A stretch of 37,092 bases of DNA from Bacteroidia bacterium (lineage in GTDB: Bacteria; Bacteroidota; Bacteroidia; NS11-12g; UBA955). The position numbers and the translations under genes were made by a program. Shown here in pieces: positions 24,271-32,174 of this stretch (position 1 is the stretch's first letter; every line of letters begins with the position of its first letter). The stretch covers positions 1-37,092 of the forward strand of contig JANWHK010000145.1 of the NCBI GenBank assembly GCA_025450395.1, given 5' to 3'. A model generated the notes under the pieces. The model saw nothing but the letters and a program-made list of their open reading frames with translations, searched no databases and was not told the DNA's origin.

Positions 24271-25044
24271 ATGAAACCTCTTTGGACAGGATCAATCGGA
24301 TTTGGGCTGGTAAACATTCCGGTGAAACTTTATAGTGCCGTACAGAACAGCGACCTTGACCTTGATATGCTGGATAAGAAGGATCACGCGAATATCAAGT
24401 TCAAGCGTGTGAATGCCGACACGGGAAAAGAAGTGCTTTGGGAAAATATAGTCAGGGGCTATAAGATAAACGAAAGATATGTGGTATTGACAGAAAAGGA
24501 TTTTGAAGATGCCAATGCCAAAAAAACAAAGATCATCGAAATAGAGGACTTTGTACTGGAACAGGAAATCGATAGCACCTATTATGAAATGCCCTATTAT
24601 CTCGAACCCGACAAGTCGGGAACAAAGGCTTATGCATTGTTCCGGGAGGCCTTGACTAAATCCAAAAAAGTAGGCGTGGCCACCTTTGTATTGCGCAACA
24701 AGGAACATCTTGCCATACTCAGGGCCGTGAATGGTGTCATTGTGCTGAACAGGATACGTTTTGACGAGGAGGTAAAGGATACAGGAGAATTAAAGCTGCC
24801 GGCCAAATCGGAAGTTAAACCCAGGGAATTGCAGATGGCACTTTCACTGATTAATCAACTGACCACAAAATTTGATATCTCGAAATACAAGGATACGTAT
24901 GCGGCTGACCTGATGAAGGTGATCAAGGCCAAAGCAAAGGGAACAAAGACTGTGTTGCCTAAAATGAAGGTATCCCATAAAGCCGGAGACCTGATGTCGC
25001 AGTTGAAGGAAAGCCTGTCCAGGAAAAAGAAAAAAGTATCATGA
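24271..25044 (+). CDS. ku: Ku protein (NHEJ)
   Basis: N-terminus [20 protein letters not shown], a Ku core and a Lys-rich C-terminal tail. Confidence 0.95.
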   Translation: MKPLWTGSIGFGLVNIPVKLYSAVQNSDLDLDMLDKKDHANIKFKRVNADTGKEVLWENIVRGYKINERYVVLTEKDFEDANAKKTKIIEIEDFVLEQEIDSTYYEMPYYLEPDKSGTKAYALFREALTKSKKVGVATFVLRNKEHLAILRAVNGVIVLNRIRFDEEVKDTGELKLPAKSEVKPRELQMALSLINQLTTKFDISKYKDTYAADLMKVIKAKAKGTKTVLPKMKVSHKAGDLMSQLKESLSRKKKKVS

Positions 25045-25628
25045 GCTTGCGGAAGTATACCGGAAAAAGGGATTTTAAAGTGACCCCTGAGCCGCCGGCA
25101 AAAAAGGAAAGTTCAGCCGGGCAAATGGAATTTGTTGTGCAGAGGCATAAAGCCTCGCGTCTGCACTATGATTTCCGGCTTGAAATGGAAGGAGTGTTAA
25201 AAAGCTGGGCTGTTCCAAAGGGACCCTCCATGAACCCGAAAGATAAAAGACTAGCCATGATGGTAGAGGATCACCCTTACAGTTACAGGACCTTTAAGGG
25301 CAGCATCCCCGATGGAAATTATGGTGCAGGTATAGTAGAAATATGGGATCATGGCGTATATATGCCCTTGAATGATGACTATGAACCTGCTACTGAAAAA
25401 GCGATATTAAAGGATCTGAAAAATGGCACCATCAAGTTCCTGCTGAAAGGGAAAAAACTAAAGGGATTCTTCGCCCTGGTAAAAATGAAAACGGCTGAGG
25501 GCAATGCCTGGCTGCTGATCAAGCACGATGATGAATTTGCCGTTCACAAGGATTATGACAGCGAAACATTTACACCTGCATCATCTCCCATCAATAAGGT
25601 TTTAAAGAAAAAGAAGGCGTCAAAATGA
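25041..25628 (+). CDS. stand-alone LigD 3'-phosphoesterase (PE) domain protein
   Basis: [18 protein letters not shown]...[11 protein letters not shown] is the LigD-PE signature. Its start overlaps the ku stop (ATGA). Confidence 0.9.
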   Translation: MSLRKYTGKRDFKVTPEPPAKKESSAGQMEFVVQRHKASRLHYDFRLEMEGVLKSWAVPKGPSMNPKDKRLAMMVEDHPYSYRTFKGSIPDGNYGAGIVEIWDHGVYMPLNDDYEPATEKAILKDLKNGTIKFLLKGKKLKGFFALVKMKTAEGNAWLLIKHDDEFAVHKDYDSETFTPASSPINKVLKKKKASK

Positions 25629-25650
25629 AATCTGTCTATTGCAGTGACAA

Positions 25651-26577
25651 ATGAAATTTGAGCATTATATCAAACCCATGCTGGCAAGTATCGGTGAAAA
25701 AGCATTTGATGACGCCGACTGGGTGTTTGAAATCAAGTATGACGGGTACAGGGCCATTGCAGAGCTTGATAAAAAAACAGTGAAATTATATTCCCGCAAC
25801 GGACTGGATTTTTCCAAAGACTATCCTGCTATTTTTGAAGCGCTTAAAAAACCGCGGATAAAAGCGGTACTTGACGGTGAAATTGTAGCATTCGATGCCC
25901 ATGGCAAATCTTCATTCCAGATGCTGCAACAGCTGGGAAAAGGGAAAGCCTCACCTACACTTGTATATTACGTTTTTGACATACTCAGTTTCAACGGTAA
26001 AGACTTAACGGAATTGCCTTTGCTCGAAAGAAAGGAAAGATTGAAAAAAATACTCCCCAAAAATGAATTGATATGTTATTCTGACCATGTAGAAGTAGAG
26101 GGGAAAGCATTTTATAAACTGATAGTCAAAAAGGACATGGAAGGCATGATAGCCAAGCGGGTAGACGGTGAATATTTGCCCGGCAAAAGAAGCAGCAGCT
26201 GGCTTAAGATCAAGTACCACAAGGAACAGGAGGTCATCATTGCGGGATATACGGCCCCAAAGGGTGAGAGACGATATTTCGGTTCGCTGTTGCTGGCAGT
26301 GTATGATAAAGGAAAAATCAGGTATGTAGGTCATGCAGGAACAGGTTTTAATGAATTAACTTTGCATTCGCTATTCATGAAAATGAAACCACTTGCCAGG
26401 AAAAAATCCCCGTTTACAGAAGATGTGCATGCCAATGGTCCTGTGACCTGGCTGAAGCCGGAATTGGTATGCCAGATAAAATTTACGGAGTGGACCCATG
26501 ACAAGCAGATGAGGCATCCTGTTTTTCTCGGTTTGCGCAAAGATAAACCAGCGAAGGAAGTCGTATATGAATTCTGA
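25651..26577 (+). CDS. ligD: ATP-dependent DNA ligase (LigD ligase domain as a separate ORF)
   Basis: Motif I KYDGYR, DGEIV and EGMIAK, followed by an OB-fold region. Confidence 0.9.
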   Translation: MKFEHYIKPMLASIGEKAFDDADWVFEIKYDGYRAIAELDKKTVKLYSRNGLDFSKDYPAIFEALKKPRIKAVLDGEIVAFDAHGKSSFQMLQQLGKGKASPTLVYYVFDILSFNGKDLTELPLLERKERLKKILPKNELICYSDHVEVEGKAFYKLIVKKDMEGMIAKRVDGEYLPGKRSSSWLKIKYHKEQEVIIAGYTAPKGERRYFGSLLLAVYDKGKIRYVGHAGTGFNELTLHSLFMKMKPLARKKSPFTEDVHANGPVTWLKPELVCQIKFTEWTHDKQMRHPVFLGLRKDKPAKEVVYEF

Positions 26578-27517
26578 TATGACAAGTACAAGACAAAATA
26601 CAAAAAGGGAAAATAAAATGACCATCCGGGTGGACAAGCATGATGTGTTTTTGACCAACCAGAACAAGTTGTATTTTCCCGCTGACAAGATCAGCAAAGG
26701 GGATGTCGTGGCGTATTATGACAGCATGTATAAGTGGATCAACCCATATATCAAGGATAGGCCGCAATCCCTTAGAAGGAACCCCGATGGTATATTGAAT
26801 GAAGGGTTTTTTCAAAAAGATGCACCCGAAGGATTGCCGTCTTATGTGAAGACAGTTCCTATCCATTCGGATTCAGGAAACAAGGATATTGATTATATCA
26901 TCTGCAATAACAAAGCTACCTTGCTTTATATGAATAACCTGGGTTGTATAGAAATCAATCCATGGTTTTCAAATACCAGGCATCTGGACAAGCCCGACTA
27001 TTTCGTTATCGATATAGATCCGTCACCAAAAAACAGCTTTGAAGAAGTCATTGAAGCCGCAAAGGCAGTCAAGGAAGTGCTTGACAGGGCTAAAGCCGAA
27101 TCTTATTGCAAGACTTCGAGAGCCACTGGTCTGCATGTGTATGTCCCGCTAGGGGCGAAATACACCTATGACGAAGCAAAGGATTTTTCACATCTTGTAG
27201 CGATGATGACGCAGGAATTGTTGCCGGATACTTGCTCGCTGGAGCGTTCCCTGAGCAAACGTGGAAACAAGATATATCTGGATTATTTGCAAAACCGAAG
27301 GGGACAGACCCTGGCCTGTGCCTATAGCCTGAGGCCGAAGCAGGGTGCCAGCGCTTCCGCCCCACTCGAATGGTCTGAAGTGAAAAAAGGATTGCATCCA
27401 TCACAGTTCACGGTAAAGACCTTGCCAAAAAGAGTTGAAAAGATGGGCGATTTATTCAGTGGAGTGTTGGGGAAAGGGATTGATATTCGCAAGTGTCTTA
27501 AGAATCTTGGGGCGTAA
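26567..27517 (+). CDS. stand-alone LigD polymerase/primase (PolDom) protein
   Basis: LTNQNKLYFP, IDIDP and ATGLHVYVP are archaeo-eukaryotic primase-type LigD-Pol motifs. The functional start may be ATG 26618 (MTIRVDK). Confidence 0.9.
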   Translation: MNSDMTSTRQNTKRENKMTIRVDKHDVFLTNQNKLYFPADKISKGDVVAYYDSMYKWINPYIKDRPQSLRRNPDGILNEGFFQKDAPEGLPSYVKTVPIHSDSGNKDIDYIICNNKATLLYMNNLGCIEINPWFSNTRHLDKPDYFVIDIDPSPKNSFEEVIEAAKAVKEVLDRAKAESYCKTSRATGLHVYVPLGAKYTYDEAKDFSHLVAMMTQELLPDTCSLERSLSKRGNKIYLDYLQNRRGQTLACAYSLRPKQGASASAPLEWSEVKKGLHPSQFTVKTLPKRVEKMGDLFSGVLGKGIDIRKCLKNLGA

Positions 27518-27562
27518 CGTGGCAGAAAACCGGCCATGGGAGAAAGGGGATTATTATTCAGG

Positions 27563-27595
27563 CAAAAAAAAACCCATATCGGTAAGATATGGGTT
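27563..27595 (-). terminator. Rho-independent terminator of the H1-like gene
   Basis: Stem AACCCATATC (27571-27580) pairs with GATATGGGTT (27586-27595). On the minus strand a T9 run follows it (A-run 27564-27572 on +). Confidence 0.7.
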
Positions 27596-27619
27596 TCGAT
27601 GAAGAGGTTAAAAGTTAAA

Positions 27620-27940
27620 TTACCTTTTAGCTGGCTTTTTAGCTTTTGAAGCTACCTTTCTTTTAGCTTTAGTCCTGACTTTAGCTTTTTTAGCGGATTT
27701 TGTAGCTTTGGCTTTTGGTTTTGCAGCTGATTTTTTAGCTTTAGCTTTCACTTTGGCTTTCGGTCTTGCTTTTGCAGCCGATTTTGTAGCTGGTTTTTTT
27801 GCTTTAGCTTTCACTTTAGCTTTAGCTTTCACTTTGGCTTTCGGTTTTGCTTTTGCAGCCGATTTTTTAGCTTTGGCTTTAGCTTTTGGAGCTGCTTTCT
27901 TAGCTTTTGCTTTTGCAGCCGGTTTTTTCTTTGTTGCCAT
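27620..27940 (-). CDS. histone H1-like Lys/Ala-rich basic protein
   Basis: 106 aa composed almost entirely of K, A, P, S, T, V (AKAKAKK, PKAKVKAKAK repeats). ATG start and a terminator downstream. Confidence 0.7.
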   Translation of the reverse strand: MATKKKPAAKAKAKKAAPKAKAKAKKSAAKAKPKAKVKAKAKVKAKAKKPATKSAAKARPKAKVKAKAKKSAAKPKAKATKSAKKAKVRTKAKRKVASKAKKPAKR

Positions 27941-28373
27941 ATTTATATTTATAAAAATTGGTTTTTAATAGAAGTCTGCATCCATGTTTTACACCTGAAT
28001 TTTAGTGAGTATTTTTACTTAAAGAGTAATAAATACTACTGATTATCAGATACTTATACACAAATATAGGAACCGAAGTTAAAATAATTTAAGAATGTGC
28101 AGAAACTTTGATGAATTGGTCGTAATCACTTGATAACCAGTCAAATTATTTTTATTAATTTTGAATAAAAAAGTTGATTTAAAGGCAAAAAATCATGTTT
28201 TTGAGTTCCTTGCAAAGTTTTTTAAAGAGTTTATTCTTGTGAAAATGAACTTTTATTCCGTAAAAAAATAATATATCATTATTGGCCCCCAAACTGGGTC
28301 ACTTTAGTAATTGGTCATGCTTATTCCACCTCACGGGATATTGGCTCCATTTTGTTTTGTTATTCGATTTTCC

Positions 28374-28402
28374 TGTCATATTTCTGTCATATTCTTGTCA
28401 TA
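28374..28402 (+). promoter_or_regulatory. three helically phased TGTCATA direct repeats (11-bp period)
   Basis: TGTCATA at 28374-28380, 28385-28391 and 28396-28402, roughly 100-130 nt upstream of ATG 28504. Confidence 0.5.
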
Positions 28403-28459
28403 AATCACATTAAAACATTTGGTTTTGTTTTTTTTTAAACACTTGTGTTGTTTTTTTAA

Positions 28460-28467
28460 TAAGTTTG
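28460..28467 (+). promoter_or_regulatory. candidate -7 box TAAGTTTG
   Basis: TAnnTTTG 37 nt upstream of ATG 28504, immediately preceded by a T7 tract. Confidence 0.45.
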
Positions 28468-28503
28468 CTTCTGTTATCAAAAAACCCTTAAATTTATTCG
28501 AAA

Positions 28504-30909
28504 ATGAAAAAAAACTACTATTCATTAATATTCGTATTATTAATTTCTTTTAATGTTTTTTCAAGCCCTAAACAAGGTAATTATACTATTGATTCAAGTA
28601 GTGCTACCGCTGGCACCAACTTTAATTCATGGTTGGATTTCCAGCAAAGTATAGTAAGCAATGGCGTTTCCGGTATGGTATATGTTGATGTATTGTCAGA
28701 CAATCTCACAACTTCCCAAATTATTTTTGCAGCCATTCCGGGTGTATCAAACTCCAACCGGATCATTATTAATGGTCATGGCAAAAAATTATCGGCTGAT
28801 ATTGCAGATGCAGTCATACTTTTCAATGGTGCCGATTATCTTACAATTGACAGTCTTAGAATTAATAACAGCTCTTCAAATCCTTTAGCCATTGGCATCC
28901 GTTTTAAAAACAGTTCAGACTACAACACCATCAGCCGTTGCCTGATAGAATTTAGTGGTTTAGCCAATACTGCCATGAACTCCGGGGCTTATATTGCTTT
29001 TGCTGATGCTGCCAGCTCGCTGACAGCTTCCATTAACACATCAGCAGGAACATACAATACTTTGCAATATAATGTCATGCGCAGTACATTAACGAACAGC
29101 ACCGGACCTTCATTTGGCATTGTTCTGAAAGGCAACTCAGCAACATATGCCACCACTGCACAGAATAATACAGTAAGAGGAAATCTCATTTTAAATTTTG
29201 CTTATACGGGTATTTATATGTTCAAAACCAATGGCAATCACCTGGTATTAAATGATATTTCCAGGATTGGAGCTGATTCTTCTAATTGTTCCAGTACAAT
29301 ATATGGCATTTACAGCACGGATGCAGGATCCGCCAACAGGAGTAACCGCATAGACAGCAATCATATTCATGATCTGCCAAAAGACTCGGTTTTTAGTGGA
29401 GGGAACATTAAAACCCTTTATGGCATTTATACTAACTATATTACCGGTAATGACAGTTTGCGATTTTCAATATACCGAAATGTGATCCGGAATTTATTTT
29501 CAACCCAGAATTGCTATATCATGAATAATAGTTATAATTATTTCATGGATGTACTACTGAATTTAGCCGATAATATTGATCTGCCTGTTTCAGGCTCTTC
29601 CACTATTCACTTTTATGGGATATTCAATTCCTATATTTATGGATCCTACCGGATCAATAACAATACTATAAAAAATTGTGACGGGGGCTATTACTGGTAC
29701 GGTATTCAAAATTCTTATCCCCGTCTGGCAAGTGGGGTTCAACAAATCAATGAAAATGTAATAACCAACAACCTGCATGCTTATTATTACAGGTATAATA
29801 TTTATTCCTACTATGCAGATAAGTCAGATTCCCTTCATCAAGTAGAAATTGCCGGCAACCATATTTCCGGAAACAGCACCGATTATTACTACACTTACAA
29901 TATTTATTGTGAATATTATGGAGATTATTTAATTACAGATAATATCATTGAAAAAAATGTCTCAAATCACTATTATATGTATGGTCTGTCTTTACGTTAT
30001 TATGGAACCTATCATGTAGAGCGAAACATCATTCGCGGAAACATCGCTACTTTAGCCGGACAAGGAAACGTCTATGGAATTTATTCGGATCAAAATTACG
30101 GGCAACACTTTTTAAGTAACCTGATTGTTGAAAATGTTGGATATGGCAGTACTTATGGCATGTATTTAGCCGGCGGGGTGAGCGGTAATTACACCCATGA
30201 GATCAGGCAAAACACGATTTCTAATAATGGTTATTTAAGTGGGAACCCATCACACTATTCATATCCTGTATATTGCAACCTTCCCTATAGCGCCCGTTTG
30301 AATTTTACAGGAAATGTAATAGAAGTATTGAATTCATATGCCCTTTACATTTATTTATTAACCTACAGCACTTTAAATGTTGACTACAACTCATACCATG
30401 TCGACAGCGTTAATACAGAATTTTATAATACTAACAACAGCAGTGATTCGAGCCTGGCAGGCTGGATCAATTCCAATTCAGGCAGTAATGAACTGAATGC
30501 TGTTAATGGCCATTATTTTGATAGCATTACCTATGCTACAAAATGGTTTTATAATCAGGACAATGTTCCTTCTGTCGCTTATAATTTATCAGATGTATAT
30601 GGTGTATCCCGTAATGTTAATTTTTCGGACAGGGGCGCGGTAGAATACAGTGGGATTACTTCTGTTAAACAAAGTAAAAGTTCTGGAACCGTCTTTACAA
30701 TATACCCGAATCCAAACAAAGGGAATATCATTTTCATTGATAATCCCGGTATTCAGCAAGACGCAATCTTCTATGATATCACTGGAAAATTGATCAATAC
30801 CCGTCAGATACAAGCAGGAGTAAATTCAATTGAAAACAATTTAACATCCGGCATTTACTTTGTCTACTTTAGCGAAAGCGGTCAAACACTGAAGTTAATT
30901 GTAGAATGA
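28504..30909 (+). CDS. secreted right-handed beta-helix-like protein with T9SS C-terminal sorting domain
   Basis: Signal peptide, Asn/Tyr-rich periodic repeats (N.I.GN, YGIY), and the C-terminal TIYPNPNKGNIIF...GIYFVYF...LKLIVE, typical of Por_Secre_tail/TIGR04183. Confidence 0.85.
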   Translation: MKKNYYSLIFVLLISFNVFSSPKQGNYTIDSSSATAGTNFNSWLDFQQSIVSNGVSGMVYVDVLSDNLTTSQIIFAAIPGVSNSNRIIINGHGKKLSADIADAVILFNGADYLTIDSLRINNSSSNPLAIGIRFKNSSDYNTISRCLIEFSGLANTAMNSGAYIAFADAASSLTASINTSAGTYNTLQYNVMRSTLTNSTGPSFGIVLKGNSATYATTAQNNTVRGNLILNFAYTGIYMFKTNGNHLVLNDISRIGADSSNCSSTIYGIYSTDAGSANRSNRIDSNHIHDLPKDSVFSGGNIKTLYGIYTNYITGNDSLRFSIYRNVIRNLFSTQNCYIMNNSYNYFMDVLLNLADNIDLPVSGSSTIHFYGIFNSYIYGSYRINNNTIKNCDGGYYWYGIQNSYPRLASGVQQINENVITNNLHAYYYRYNIYSYYADKSDSLHQVEIAGNHISGNSTDYYYTYNIYCEYYGDYLITDNIIEKNVSNHYYMYGLSLRYYGTYHVERNIIRGNIATLAGQGNVYGIYSDQNYGQHFLSNLIVENVGYGSTYGMYLAGGVSGNYTHEIRQNTISNNGYLSGNPSHYSYPVYCNLPYSARLNFTGNVIEVLNSYALYIYLLTYSTLNVDYNSYHVDSVNTEFYNTNNSSDSSLAGWINSNSGSNELNAVNGHYFDSITYATKWFYNQDNVPSVAYNLSDVYGVSRNVNFSDRGAVEYSGITSVKQSKSSGTVFTIYPNPNKGNIIFIDNPGIQQDAIFYDITGKLINTRQIQAGVNSIENNLTSGIYFVYFSESGQTLKLIVE

Positions 30910-30933
30910 GGGAGTCCATAAAACGTCCGCTAT

Positions 30934-31386
30934 TCATTTATTACCGAGTTCTTCCGCCAGCCCGATAAGAAGCCCTTCCATTCCCCGAATGTAGCAGAGT
31001 CGATACGAGTTCTCGTACTGAACCACCTCGCCAACGAGCTGAGCGCCATGCTTAATGAGCCTGGATACCATCTCGTCAATGTCTTCAACTGTGAACATGA
31101 CGCGCATATAACCGAGAGAGTTAACAGGTGCAGTCCTGTGGTCTGAGATAACAGGTGGGGTAAGAAATCGTGCAATCTCGAGCCGGCTGTGGCCATCCGG
31201 GGTAACCATCATGGCAATCTCTACGATCTGGGAGCCCAGTCCGGTAACGCGACCAGCCCATTCTCCTTCAATTGTGGCCCGCCCTTCGAGTTTCAGGCCT
31301 ATCTCGGTGAAAAAAGAGATGGCGTCATCGAGGGATTCTACAGCGATGCCGACATTGTCCATTCTTAGTAATTTGTTTTTTGCCAT
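30934..31386 (-). CDS. VOC (glyoxalase/bleomycin-resistance/dioxygenase) family protein
   Basis: LLRMDNVGIAVESLDDAISFFTEIGLKLEG...IAMM...GHSRLEI fits the VOC fold pattern. Confidence 0.8.
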   Translation of the reverse strand: MAKNKLLRMDNVGIAVESLDDAISFFTEIGLKLEGRATIEGEWAGRVTGLGSQIVEIAMMVTPDGHSRLEIARFLTPPVISDHRTAPVNSLGYMRVMFTVEDIDEMVSRLIKHGAQLVGEVVQYENSYRLCYIRGMEGLLIGLAEELGNK

Positions 31387-31424
31387 AGTTTTATCTACTT
31401 ATTAAATAAAAGTCATAACGGAAA

Positions 31425-32174
31425 TTAATTGATAATGTCTCCATTGTTATTCGCCAGCTTTTCGCGCCATTTTTGGACTTCCTCAGGTGTTTGTCTCACC
31501 CAATCTGTTACTTCGCCAACAATTTTCAATGGTGCCTGGCTACGATAAGAGCGTGTCGGATTGCCCGGAAATTTTTTGTCTGTAACGTTCGGGTCATTTT
31601 CAAAGTCCCCTGTCGGTTCAACTATATAAACACGTTCACGCCCATCACCTTTAGCTAATGCAGCGGCAAGTCCCGCGCCATTCATCAAGGCTGCGAAATA
31701 AATATGATTCATTATGAGTTCTTGCTTGTAATTGGATTGGGACCCTGCTGTCAACAAATCACCAATCTGCAAATCCGCTCTCGTCCCGTGATAAAAGGGA
31801 CCCTTGTCAGACAGTTTGTGCTTGAACGAAATTGATAATTGATAATTCTCTTTTGCCTTGTCAGGGTAGCCTAAGTCCTCATAGCATTTGGCAATGTTTG
31901 AATATAGAGAAGGGAGAGCAGTCTTAACAGAGTCGTTATTTTTTTTTAGTGCATAGTGTAATACCGTTTCGAGCCATTTTAATTTGTCGGAAATATTTTT
32001 TTGATGTCGGGCCACATAATACGCAGCAGTGAATTTTTCGAAGTCGTTTGTCGCTTCGTTCCAGGCTTGAAGAAATATTCCGCTTGCTTCTTCAGGTTTG
32101 TTTTTTCCTTCCAGGTCCATACCTTGAATACAGAGTTTAACGATATTGTTGTTTGGATTGAATTCCATTTTCAT
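31425..32174 (-). CDS. arr: Arr-type NAD+ ADP-ribosyltransferase (rifampin ADP-ribosyltransferase family) with ~115-aa N-terminal helical extension
   Basis: C-terminal half: FYHGTRADLQIGDLL, SNY, RVYIVEPTGDFENDPNVTDKKFPGNPTRSYRSQAPLKIVGEV. These are Arr signatures. The N-terminal half is TPR-like helical. Confidence 0.8.
   Translation of the reverse strand: MKMEFNPNNNIVKLCIQGMDLEGKNKPEEASGIFLQAWNEATNDFEKFTAAYYVARHQKNISDKLKWLETVLHYALKKNNDSVKTALPSLYSNIAKCYEDLGYPDKAKENYQLSISFKHKLSDKGPFYHGTRADLQIGDLLTAGSQSNYKQELIMNHIYFAALMNGAGLAAALAKGDGRERVYIVEPTGDFENDPNVTDKKFPGNPTRSYRSQAPLKIVGEVTDWVRQTPEEVQKWREKLANNNGDIIN

Noticed and set aside
25620-26620. LigD split caused by two frameshift errors (pseudogene)
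   Set aside because: An in-frame TGA (25645-25647) directly precedes the ligase ATG, and each ORF has a plausible start and terminus. This favours genuine separate genes, although read-level confirmation is still advisable.
27708-27968. 86-aa + strand ORF (AFGFAADFLALAF...) as the real gene instead of the H1-like protein
   Set aside because: The minus-strand frame has an ATG start and a strong terminator with a T-run in its own orientation. The + frame is the hydrophobic mirror of the AAG/GCT repeats.
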